A stretch of 44,294 nucleotides of DNA from Candidatus Doudnabacteria bacterium (GCA_023245955.1 JAHFJI010000001.1:1-44294), one strand, 5' to 3'; shown: positions 27,131 to 35,286, counted from the stretch's first letter. A program made the numbers and translations. Notes: generated by a model not told the origin, from the sequence alone.

Positions 27131-27247
27131 TGTCACTCCGAGCAGGCCTTGCGACGTGGCAATCTGTATTTCAATTAAACATTTTAGCAACATAACAATT
27201 GAGCATAAAGACAAAGATTGCCACGTCGCAGACTCCTCAGAGTGACA
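27131..27247. repeat. RPE/REP-like palindromic element (second copy, inverted)
   Basis: TGTCACTC/GAGTGACA outer stem and 16-bp TGCGACGTGGCAATCT/AGATTGCCACGTCGCA inner stem. Confidence 0.8.
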
Positions 27248-27265
27248 CAATGTCAAGTCATAAGT

Positions 27266-28870
27266 TTATATTTGGAGAGGTCGCATAGTTGGTCTAGTGC
27301 GCTGGTCTCGAAAACCGGTAGGGGCGAAAGCTTCTCGAGGGTTCGAATCCCTCCCTCTCCGCCAGAAATCGAAATCGTTTTTTGAAGCCGAAATTGGGTC
27401 GCGCCGAAGGCGCGACACTAATGCATTCCCCCCGCCGAATTCAGAATCCAAAAGGGTTTTCCACGCTCCGCGTGGTTTAAAAAGGAGTGTTCGATCTTTG
27501 ATTTCAAAGTTCGAACCGACTTTTTTGAACAGATGAAGATTTTCTTCATCTGTTCTATCGTTTGCCAATTTCACATTGGTAATATTGAGTTTTAGAAATT
27601 TTTCCGTGAGTTCGAACCGATTATTCGCTTTTTGCTCAAAAGATGATAATTTTTCCTTGAAAAGCTGTTTTTGATGTACAAGCTTGTTTTTCATGTCGCG
27701 ATATTCTTCAAGCGATAAAGAATTATCGAGATAGAGTGTCATCAGCTTTTCAATCTTGTTTTCAATTGAAAAAATTTCATCTTTTGTATTTTGAACAAAA
27801 AGCGTAGACGATTGGACTTCTGATTGCCGATCTTTGTCATTTTCGGCAATCATCCATTTTGCCCAATCGTCTGGCAAAGAAACTTTTTTGATTTCATTTT
27901 GAATTTGAGAAGTGATGATGTCCTCACGAACATATCGCTGGTCGCAAGGATTTTTCCTTTTGGTACACCGCAAATAGTTATTTCCTTTTTGTCGTTCGGT
28001 AGTAATGAAACATCCGCAGACACAATGGAAAAATCCTCTGTACAAATATGGGTGTAAACCTTTACCTTTTGGCTTAGACTTTCTCATCATCACTTCTTGA
28101 ACGGAATCAAAAAGTTTCTTTGTGATAATCGGTTCGTGTTTTCCTTCGTGAATTTCGCCACCATATCGAAGGAGTCCGCAGAAAATCGGATTTTTAAGCA
28201 TGTTATGAATATTTGAAACAGAAAGTTCTTGCTCTTTTCTTGAACGCAATCCAAGTTCATTAACCGTGTCTCTAACTTGTCGGAGCGTATATTTGCCACT
28301 TCCATAGGCCTCAAACGCTCTTTTGATATATGGCGAGCGTTCAGGGTCTGGAATGATAACTTTCTTATCACTGTCGTTTAGATACCCCACAGGAGCGTTT
28401 TGAGGCCAAATACCATCCTTCAATTTTTGACGATGACCACGCTTGATATTTTCCGACAAGTTATCTACATAATACTTGGATTGCGAAAAAGCGATTGAGA
28501 GCATGAACTTTCCTTGAGGTGTTGGATCAAACCAAAAAGTTGAAAACTTTAAATCCTTGATGACTTCGGTATCAACAAAATAAATTATTTTCCCACCGTC
28601 TACCGAGTTTCTCGCAAGTCTATCGGGGTGCCACGCTAAAATTCCGTTAGCTTCACCAGCCTCCATGCGGAGAAGCATTTCATTAAAGACTGGCCGACCC
28701 GGAATCTTGGCGGTCTGTTTTTCCACAAAAATATCAATAACTTCGATTTGCTCTTTAACCGCTAACTCCTTGAGTTCGGCCAGTTGATCCGAAATGCTTC
28801 TCACTTGCCGATCTTTGTCATCGGTAGACTTGCGAGTGTATATAAAAAACTTTTTGGTTTGATTATTCAT
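27266..28870 (-). CDS. large serine recombinase (resolvase, recombinase, Zn-ribbon and coiled-coil domains)
   Basis: YTRKST catalytic Ser, GRPVF, DRLARN, APVGY, HEPIIT..F, CVCG..C..C. The last ~30 codons are the antisense of tRNA-Ser. Confidence 0.93.
   Translation of the reverse strand: MNNQTKKFFIYTRKSTDDKDRQVRSISDQLAELKELAVKEQIEVIDIFVEKQTAKIPGRPVFNEMLLRMEAGEANGILAWHPDRLARNSVDGGKIIYFVDTEVIKDLKFSTFWFDPTPQGKFMLSIAFSQSKYYVDNLSENIKRGHRQKLKDGIWPQNAPVGYLNDSDKKVIIPDPERSPYIKRAFEAYGSGKYTLRQVRDTVNELGLRSRKEQELSVSNIHNMLKNPIFCGLLRYGGEIHEGKHEPIITKKLFDSVQEVMMRKSKPKGKGLHPYLYRGFFHCVCGCFITTERQKGNNYLRCTKRKNPCDQRYVREDIITSQIQNEIKKVSLPDDWAKWMIAENDKDRQSEVQSSTLFVQNTKDEIFSIENKIEKLMTLYLDNSLSLEEYRDMKNKLVHQKQLFKEKLSSFEQKANNRFELTEKFLKLNITNVKLANDRTDEENLHLFKKVGSNFEIKDRTLLFKPRGAWKTLLDSEFGGGNALVSRLRRDPISASKNDFDFWRRGRDSNPREAFAPTGFRDQRTRPTMRPLQI
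27274..27364 (+). tRNA. tRNA-Ser(CGA), integration target
   Basis: GGAGAGG...CCTCTCC-GCCA, loop CTCGAAA, long variable arm. Confidence 0.95.
27359..27478 (+). repeat. 120-bp inverted repeat, copy 1 (P arm)
   Basis: Reverse complement of 29033-29152. Confidence 0.93.
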
Positions 28871-29032
28871 ATGCTTAAAAACCTAAAAGGGCGACCATGT
28901 TGCACCAATATTACCTTTCGGCAAAATTGAACACAGTCGCCCGTCTAGATGCTCAAGCAAATAAAAAGCCGAAAGTGTCTAATATTGGTGCATTTCAATA
29001 TTACCATTTTTGAATTTGCATTGGCAAACGAA

Positions 29033-29152
29033 AAACCACGCGGAGCGTGGAAAACCCTTTTGGATTCTGAATTCGGCGGGGGGAATGCATTAGTGTCGCG
29101 CCTTCGGCGCGACCCAATTTCGGCTTCAAAAAACGATTTCGATTTCTGGCGG
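29033..29152 (-). repeat. 120-bp inverted repeat, copy 2 (P arm)
   Basis: Encodes the same KPRGAWKTLL...DFDFWR peptide as the recombinase C-terminus, on the opposite strand. Confidence 0.93.
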
Positions 29153-29554
29153 TGTCTATTATACAAAATTCGAACTTATTTCGAAACTAATCCCGATGAT
29201 GAATGAATTCCGCCACGCCACAGCCTCCGCTCCACGACAGCCCGCAAGGGCTGTCCTTCCGCTTCTGCTGTGTCGCTCCGTCCTCGCCTGCAACCCTGCC
29301 CATGCTTCTTTTGTTTTGCCGTGGTTTTGATTTTCTTTTTTCGGTATGGGCGTGTGCAGGCGAGGGACGGGTTTCTCCTTGAGGGAGAAACTGGCGGAAT
29401 TCAAATGCGGACTCGGTTTTGCCAAAACTATTTTCTGGGGAAAAGGATTTGGCAAAACCTCGGCTGATTTTTACTGGGGATTTCTGCCCGCGCGGAGGAG
29501 GGGTCTGGGGAGGAATCCGCGCGGGTTTCCTTTCGGATTTTTTGGCGGCGGCTA
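29147..29554 (-). repeat. 408-bp inverted repeat, copy 1 (P' arm)
   Basis: Reverse complement of 31782-32189. The shadow ORFs in both copies translate identically. Confidence 0.95.
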
Positions 29555-29583
29555 TGGATAAAAAGGCTACAAAATGCTAAAAT
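29555..29583 (+). promoter_or_regulatory. cargo promoter (probably leaderless)
   Basis: TGGATA-17-TAAAAT with extended TG, ending 6 nt before ATG 29590. The -35 abuts the repeat end. Confidence 0.5.
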
Positions 29584-29589
29584 ATTCTT

Positions 29590-30780
29590 ATGAAGTATCA
29601 CGATATTACTCAACATGAAATTGAGGCTCTCAAACATAATTACAACATGTCTGACGCTCATACTCATCAATCGCAATCTCCTACGCAAGAGGAGATTGTA
29701 AAGCGATTACCCGAGCTTTGGCATGAAGCGGAAAATACTCGCCAATATGACATGGAACAGAAGTTTCTTAAAAATTTCTTTCGTGTCCAAAAACAGGATT
29801 CTTTAGTCGAAGACAACAGTCGTTGTCTTCTCGTATACGCTTCATCTATTGCAATGGTAATTACTGCAAATTATCTGATGAAGAAAAAAATGAGTGTAAG
29901 TTTAATGCACCCTTGTTTTGACAACATCACTGATATTTTGAAGCACATGGAAGTACCAATTTCTCCACTGGAAGAAGACTGGTTGCGCGATTCAGAAAAT
30001 ATTTACGAGAACCTAAAGAAAAATGTAAAAACTGACGCTCTTTTTATCGTTGACCCCAATAATCCAACGGGATTTACTTTGACAGGAACAGCAAAAGATA
30101 CTTTTGAAACAAAAAAGGGATTTTTGGAATTATTCAGATATGCAAAAGACCACAATAAATTATTGATTTTTGATTTTTGCTTTGCTTCTTTTTTACTTCC
30201 TGACCCCGATTTAGGCATATTTGATTTATATAAAGAACTTGATAATTCCGGTGCGAGTTATATTACGATTGAGGACACCGGAAAAACATGGCCACTTCAA
30301 GATACAAAAGTCGCTATTCTCACAACAAGTAAAGATATATTTGATGAAATTTACAATATCCATACCGCCTATTTGTTAAATGTTTCGCCTTTTATTTTGA
30401 ATGTAGTAAATCAATATATTTATGATTCAGAAAAAGATAATTTTGCATCAGTTTTTGATCTTTTAGAAAAAAATCGAGCATTGGCAAGAGAAGTCTTAAA
30501 AGATTCTATCCTTGAACCACTAGAACCAATTTCAAAAGTATCTGTGCTTTGGTGTAAAATAAAAGATGATTCAATTAAGGCAACTGAATTAAAAGAATAT
30601 CTAACCAAATCCGATATTCATGTTTTGCCAGGTACATATTTCTTTTGGCATGACCAAGAAAAAGGAGAACATTTTATTCGTATTGCTCTTGCCAGAAACC
30701 CCGATATTTTTGAGAAAGGAATAAAAAAACTTAGAGAAGTAATTGATAATTATGGAAAAACTCACAGCACAAAAAATTAA
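29590..30780 (+). CDS. PLP-dependent L-arginine oxidase-like enzyme (RohP/MppP family, fold type I)
   Basis: DITQHEIEAL..N.SDAHTHQ, HPCFDNI, DPNNPTG, DFCF, IEDTGKTWP.QD.K, RIALAR match RohP/MppP motifs as recalled. Confidence 0.8.
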   Translation: MKYHDITQHEIEALKHNYNMSDAHTHQSQSPTQEEIVKRLPELWHEAENTRQYDMEQKFLKNFFRVQKQDSLVEDNSRCLLVYASSIAMVITANYLMKKKMSVSLMHPCFDNITDILKHMEVPISPLEEDWLRDSENIYENLKKNVKTDALFIVDPNNPTGFTLTGTAKDTFETKKGFLELFRYAKDHNKLLIFDFCFASFLLPDPDLGIFDLYKELDNSGASYITIEDTGKTWPLQDTKVAILTTSKDIFDEIYNIHTAYLLNVSPFILNVVNQYIYDSEKDNFASVFDLLEKNRALAREVLKDSILEPLEPISKVSVLWCKIKDDSIKATELKEYLTKSDIHVLPGTYFFWHDQEKGEHFIRIALARNPDIFEKGIKKLREVIDNYGKTHSTKN

Positions 30781-31558
30781 AGGGGTATATATTCCTCTCA
30801 TCACTCCATTTTACAAAGGAGCTTTTGATGGTGAGTCAATGAAAAAACTTATTGATTCTGTTGAGCCTTTTGTCGCTGGTTATGTCCCATGCTTAAGTTC
30901 CGGTGAAGGTACAAAATTATCTAAAGATCAATGGATTGAGGTTGTAAAAACAGTACGAGAATTAACAGATAAGCCTGTTATTGCAGGAATAAAACGCGAA
31001 ACATTGAACGAAACGATTGAGCTTGCAAATATTGCAAGTAAACTAAAATGCGAAGCGATTATTGTTCCTATATCACAACAAAACGAGGAAGAAATTTTTG
31101 ATTATCTTTCACGATTATCAAAATCGGTTTCCTTACCGATTATTATCTACAACACTGAAAAGTATCATATAGATAATATAGAATTTCTTTTAAAAATTTC
31201 TACGATTGAAAATATTATTGGTCTCAAAGATTCATCAGAAAACCAAGAATTTTTTGACCAAGCTTGTAAATTACGCGCAGAAAACAAACTAAATATTGCG
31301 ATATTACAAGGTTTAGAAAATCAACTTAAAGATTCAAAAAATTCTGATGGTTTCCTGATTTCATTAGCGAATATTGAACCTCAACTTTGCAATGATGTAT
31401 TTATAAAACCTTCCTCCGTTTTAGATGAAAAAGTGATTGATATTTTTTGGAAATATAATCTAGGTAGTGCTAATTGGTTCATTACGCTCAAAGCACTTTT
31501 ATATGAGAGAAAAATTATAAATTCTGCTGAAGAAATATCTTTAGCAATAAAACCGTAA
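30743..31558 (+). CDS. DHDPS/NAL-family aldolase (RohR-like)
   Basis: GVYIPLITPF, SSGEG, IIIYN, IGLKDSS (Schiff-base Lys). Start at 30743 or 30752. Confidence 0.8.
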   Translation: MIIMEKLTAQKIKGVYIPLITPFYKGAFDGESMKKLIDSVEPFVAGYVPCLSSGEGTKLSKDQWIEVVKTVRELTDKPVIAGIKRETLNETIELANIASKLKCEAIIVPISQQNEEEIFDYLSRLSKSVSLPIIIYNTEKYHIDNIEFLLKISTIENIIGLKDSSENQEFFDQACKLRAENKLNIAILQGLENQLKDSKNSDGFLISLANIEPQLCNDVFIKPSSVLDEKVIDIFWKYNLGSANWFITLKALLYERKIINSAEEISLAIKP

Positions 31559-31562
31559 AATT

Positions 31563-31784
31563 ATGGAAAAAACAACAATTACAAAATCAGAGTTTGAGGC
31601 AATGGGCAAAGAATGGACTGCACTCGATACAGAGTATGACAATTTGTTTCAAGCATTTTTGGATAATCCTCATACCAAAACACAAGAAGAACTTTCAAAA
31701 TTTAAAGCTATGCAAAGTCGTCTATATGCAATAGAACTTGAGTTATATAAAGTTGCTGAAGGTACGATGATAATTCAAGATTAG
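31563..31784 (+). CDS. small helical hypothetical protein
   Basis: 73-aa ORF 4 nt after the aldolase. Its TAG stop is the first three bases of the 408-bp repeat. Confidence 0.65.
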   Translation: MEKTTITKSEFEAMGKEWTALDTEYDNLFQAFLDNPHTKTQEELSKFKAMQSRLYAIELELYKVAEGTMIIQD

Positions 31785-32189
31785 CCGCCGCCAAAAAATC
31801 CGAAAGGAAACCCGCGCGGATTCCTCCCCAGACCCCTCCTCCGCGCGGGCAGAAATCCCCAGTAAAAATCAGCCGAGGTTTTGCCAAATCCTTTTCCCCA
31901 GAAAATAGTTTTGGCAAAACCGAGTCCGCATTTGAATTCCGCCAGTTTCTCCCTCAAGGAGAAACCCGTCCCTCGCCTGCACACGCCCATACCGAAAAAA
32001 GAAAATCAAAACCACGGCAAAACAAAAGAAGCATGGGCAGGGTTGCAGGCGAGGACGGAGCGACACAGCAGAAGCGGAAGGACAGCCCTTGCGGGCTGTC
32101 GTGGAGCGGAGGCTGTGGCGTGGCGGAATTCATTCATCATCGGGATTAGTTTCGAAATAAGTTCGAATTTTGTATAATAGACACCGCCA
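31782..32189 (+). repeat. 408-bp inverted repeat, copy 2 (P' arm, ends in the distal att core)
   Basis: Ends ...GTTCGAATTTTGTATAATAGACA-CCGCCA. Confidence 0.95.
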
Positions 32190-32210
32190 TGGAATTATTA
32201 AGTCCTATAT

Positions 32211-32759
32211 ATGTCTATCCACATTACATATTTTGTTCACGGTACCACACCTGACAATGAAAAACATATTTCATCGGGCTGGAAAGACGTAGAACTTTCT
32301 CCATTAGGGGTACAGCAGTCCATAGAACTGAAAGACCAGACTAAGGGTCAAGCATTTGATGTTATCTTCTGTTCAGATTTAAAGCGAGCAGTGCAATCGT
32401 CTGAGTTAACCTGGAAAGGAATTTATCCGATTATCGTCGATGCCCGACTGCGCGAATGTAATTACGGAAAGTTGAATGGGGCATCTTCGGATATAGTAGA
32501 GCCAATGCAAGAAGCAGAGTGTCTCCACAATCCTTTTCCAGAAGGTGAGAGTTACGAAGATGTAAAAAAACGAGTTGCAGATTTTTTAAGTTTGCTTAAA
32601 TCTGAGTACGATGAAAGGCGAGTCGCGATTGTAGCACACAAAGCTCCCCAGCTTGCACTGGATGTATTGATAAAAAATAAAACTTGGGAACAGGCACTTG
32701 CAGACGATTGGAGAAAAAGAAAAGCCTGGCAACCAGGATGGGATTATACACTTAATTAA
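32211..32759 (+). CDS. histidine phosphatase family protein
   Basis: FVHGTT (RHG variant), SDLKRA, LRECNYG, GESY, IVAH. Confidence 0.85.
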   Translation: MSIHITYFVHGTTPDNEKHISSGWKDVELSPLGVQQSIELKDQTKGQAFDVIFCSDLKRAVQSSELTWKGIYPIIVDARLRECNYGKLNGASSDIVEPMQEAECLHNPFPEGESYEDVKKRVADFLSLLKSEYDERRVAIVAHKAPQLALDVLIKNKTWEQALADDWRKRKAWQPGWDYTLN

Positions 32760-32768
32760 TATTTTTTT

Positions 32769-33077
32769 ATGAGCAACAAGACACAACTCAATCAGTTATC
32801 CAAGAGAGAAATTTTAGAGTCATTGTTTGAAAGACAACAGCAAGACAACAGCACACTGAATAGATTGGTCTTGGCAGTAGCACTGTCTGCGGGGCTAGAT
32901 GCAAAAGAGGTGGCCAAGAAATTTACGGACGCGGTGGCGACTGGAGCATTCGCGGATGAGTTTAATAAAGCTTTGCATAGTGAGTTTGAGGCCAGGGCAC
33001 AGAAGAGTAGTACAGAAGCTGAAGAAGCTAGTTCACTGCCTATCGATGATGTGTCTGCAGGACATAATCATGAATAG
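32769..33077 (+). CDS. hypothetical protein
   Basis: 102-aa ORF 9 nt downstream, co-oriented. Confidence 0.6.
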   Translation: MSNKTQLNQLSKREILESLFERQQQDNSTLNRLVLAVALSAGLDAKEVAKKFTDAVATGAFADEFNKALHSEFEARAQKSSTEAEEASSLPIDDVSAGHNHE

Positions 33078-33207
33078 TTAAAATTTTAAATTACAAAACC
33101 CAAATTTCAAATAAGCTCCAAATTCAAAATTACAAATAATAAATTAAGAAATGGAGGTTTGGAACTTGTTTGTTATTTGATGTTTGTTATTTGGTGATTG
33201 TATTTTT

Positions 33208-34371
33208 ATGGATAAAGTACTTGTTGGAAAAAAGGTTTTAATTCTGTACACTGCCCACACTATGGGTCACGCCCGTATTGCCGAGAACATCGGCTACTGG
33301 TTAGGTGAGAGCGGAGGAGAAGTGGTCTTGCGAGAGGTCTTAAAAAGCAATCCGTCCAAACTAATAAAAAGATTTTTAAGTTTTCATATCTGGGTCAATA
33401 CTTATGTGCCTCGGGTCTGGAAATTTTTGTACATGTGGGGATTCTGGATTTTCATGATGCCCTGGCGACTGCTAGTAGCAAATTTTCAAAAGAGCGAAAT
33501 AGAAAAGATTGTAGAGACTCTAAAGCCAGACATAATTATCACCACCCAGACTTCACCTTCTGCTGTGGTAAGTGTTCTAAAACGTCAAAAAAAGTTTGCG
33601 GGACTTTGGGGGATTGCTTTTAGCGACTATCATTTTCACCGGGCATGGGTCTACCCTAGGGCAGACTTTTATTTAGCCAACATAGAAGAGCAGGAGATGG
33701 AGCTCACGCGTCTGGGTGTGTCCAAGGATAATATTTTTAGAATGGGTTTGGCTTTACCACCTTTGCCAAATATAGACAGAGATGTCATTCGGCAAAAACT
33801 GGGAATAGCTAGAACACAAAAGGTGGTTTTGGTGGGTAGTGGTTCGCTTGGAGTGCGTATGCCAGAAGAGCTTATGAAGGCATTAGATGAGCTGGTCGGT
33901 CGCGGTAAGAGCGAAGGCTTAGATATTACTGTAGTAGTCGCATGTGGGAGGAATGCTGGTTTGTGTGAAGAACTGGTGCGTGCAAGAGAGCTAAAGCCTT
34001 GGCTTATACCTATTGGCTTCTATGAGCCCATGTATGAGCTGTATGCTGTGAGCGATATTTTCCTTAGCAAGCCAGGGGGACTTACTATTGCAGAAAGTAT
34101 ACGTCAAACTTTGCCAGTATTTATTACCCACTATTTGCCAGGACAGGAGGAATTGAACATAGAGTATTTAGAAAAGCACAAGGCGGTAGTTTCACTCTAT
34201 AAACTAGAGTTTCACAAGTGGATAGAGCCACTATTAACAGAGCTGAAGCAGGGGCTTATCCGGCAAAGTATTGGCGTATATGCGGGGCTTGAGGGTATTG
34301 TTAGCCCCAATAATATAGGCAGTTTAGGCCATTTTGTAGCTAGTAGTTTCATAAATGACAGCCGTAATTAA
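33208..34371 (+). CDS. GT28 MGDG-synthase/UgtP-like glycosyltransferase
   Basis: MGHARIA, PDIIITT, SDYHFH..W, GSGSLG, CGRN, SKPGGLTIAE, PGQEELN. ATG at 33208 preferred. Confidence 0.88.
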   Translation: MDKVLVGKKVLILYTAHTMGHARIAENIGYWLGESGGEVVLREVLKSNPSKLIKRFLSFHIWVNTYVPRVWKFLYMWGFWIFMMPWRLLVANFQKSEIEKIVETLKPDIIITTQTSPSAVVSVLKRQKKFAGLWGIAFSDYHFHRAWVYPRADFYLANIEEQEMELTRLGVSKDNIFRMGLALPPLPNIDRDVIRQKLGIARTQKVVLVGSGSLGVRMPEELMKALDELVGRGKSEGLDITVVVACGRNAGLCEELVRARELKPWLIPIGFYEPMYELYAVSDIFLSKPGGLTIAESIRQTLPVFITHYLPGQEELNIEYLEKHKAVVSLYKLEFHKWIEPLLTELKQGLIRQSIGVYAGLEGIVSPNNIGSLGHFVASSFINDSRN

Positions 34372-34449
34372 AAGAAAAAGATAATGTTTGACGGACTTTT
34401 TGGTTTGGGGTAGTATAAATGCAAGATTAGGAATTGAAGAAAAGTTACT

Positions 34450-35031
34450 ATGCCAAAGAAAGAAAGATCATTTTTCGGAAAAATAATGGGGAGTACGGAA
34501 GACGAGGAGTCGGCTGTTGTTAATCCTGTAGATGAAGAAGAGGAAGAGTTTGAGGAAGTTGGTGAGGCTGAGGTACTAGCTGATGAAACAGATGCAGAAG
34601 ATGAGGCTTTTGTGGAAGAAATTGAAGTAAAAGCTACAGAATCTAAGGCTACACCGGTCAAAACAGAATCTGGGCCACATGAAGAGTGGCTGTCTGACTT
34701 TGAAGGCCAGCTCAATATAGACATGTATCAGACTAAGGACAATGTAATTATCAAGTCCACCATTGCAGGGGTAAGGCCAGAAGATATGGATATAACCGTT
34801 GCAAACGACATGGTTACTATAAAAGGTGCAAGACAAAAGGAAGAAAAGGTCTCCGAAGATGACTATTTCTACCAAGAGTGTTACTGGGGCAACTTCTCTA
34901 GGAGCGTAATTGTACCGGTAGATATAGACAGCGAACACATTGAAGCAGACTTAAAAGACGGTATTCTCACTATCGTAGTACCAAAGGCCGCTAAAGCCAA
35001 GACAAAGAAAATAAAAGTAAAAGGGCTCTAA
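34450..35031 (+). CDS. Hsp20/alpha-crystallin small heat-shock protein with acidic N-terminus
   Basis: IDMYQT..AGV.PEDMDI..E.YWGNFSRS..IEADLKDGILTI.VPK. Confidence 0.9.
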   Translation: MPKKERSFFGKIMGSTEDEESAVVNPVDEEEEEFEEVGEAEVLADETDAEDEAFVEEIEVKATESKATPVKTESGPHEEWLSDFEGQLNIDMYQTKDNVIIKSTIAGVRPEDMDITVANDMVTIKGARQKEEKVSEDDYFYQECYWGNFSRSVIVPVDIDSEHIEADLKDGILTIVVPKAAKAKTKKIKVKGL

Positions 35032-35050
35032 AGATTTATCCGGTTTTATG

Positions 35051-35080
35051 ATCTCCCGCTATTGCGGGAGATTTTTGTTT
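35051..35080 (+). terminator. intrinsic terminator
   Basis: ATCTCCCGC-TATT-GCGGGAGAT followed by a T-tract. Confidence 0.8.
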
Positions 35081-35286
35081 TACATATGGCTACATGATAC
35101 AATCAAATATATAGATAGTTTAGTAGTAGCGTGGGCATGTACACGAGAAACCTGGCCGGCCTTTCCATCTGGCTCAGGCAGGAGTACCTGATTCGCATAT
35201 GTAAAGGCCGGCCAGGTTTCTTCTATAATAGGTGGCTTTAGTTCCCAGTTTTGGATTAAAAAAGTTAAAAGTTTTTAAAAAGCAGT

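Larger units (their letters stand above)
27359..32189. mobile_element. large serine recombinase integrative island with three att cores
   Basis: CCGCCA at 27359-27364 (tRNA end), TGGCGG at 29147-29152, CCGCCA at 32184-32189. Contains the recombinase and AT-rich cargo. Confidence 0.85.

Noticed and set aside
29033..29152. DGR template/variable repeat pair (CPR genomes are rich in DGRs)
   Set aside because: The copies appear identical, with no adenine-specific mismatches, and no reverse transcriptase is in the window.
28949..29206. 85-aa ORF as an independent gene or RDF
   Set aside because: Mostly a duplicate of the recombinase tail, with no clear RBS. Not called as a gene, although expression is not excluded.
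29159..29688. ORFs within the 408-bp repeats (also 31708-32177)
   Set aside because: Overlapping frames on both strands with no protein-like motifs. Better explained as shadows of a GC-rich non-coding arm.
29147..32189. Composite transposon made of two IS copies
   Set aside because: The arms encode no transposase, show no target duplication, and end in the recombinase att core.
35146..35221. SRP 4.5S RNA
   Set aside because: Has TCAGG but lacks the GGAA tetraloop and AGCAG of helix 8.
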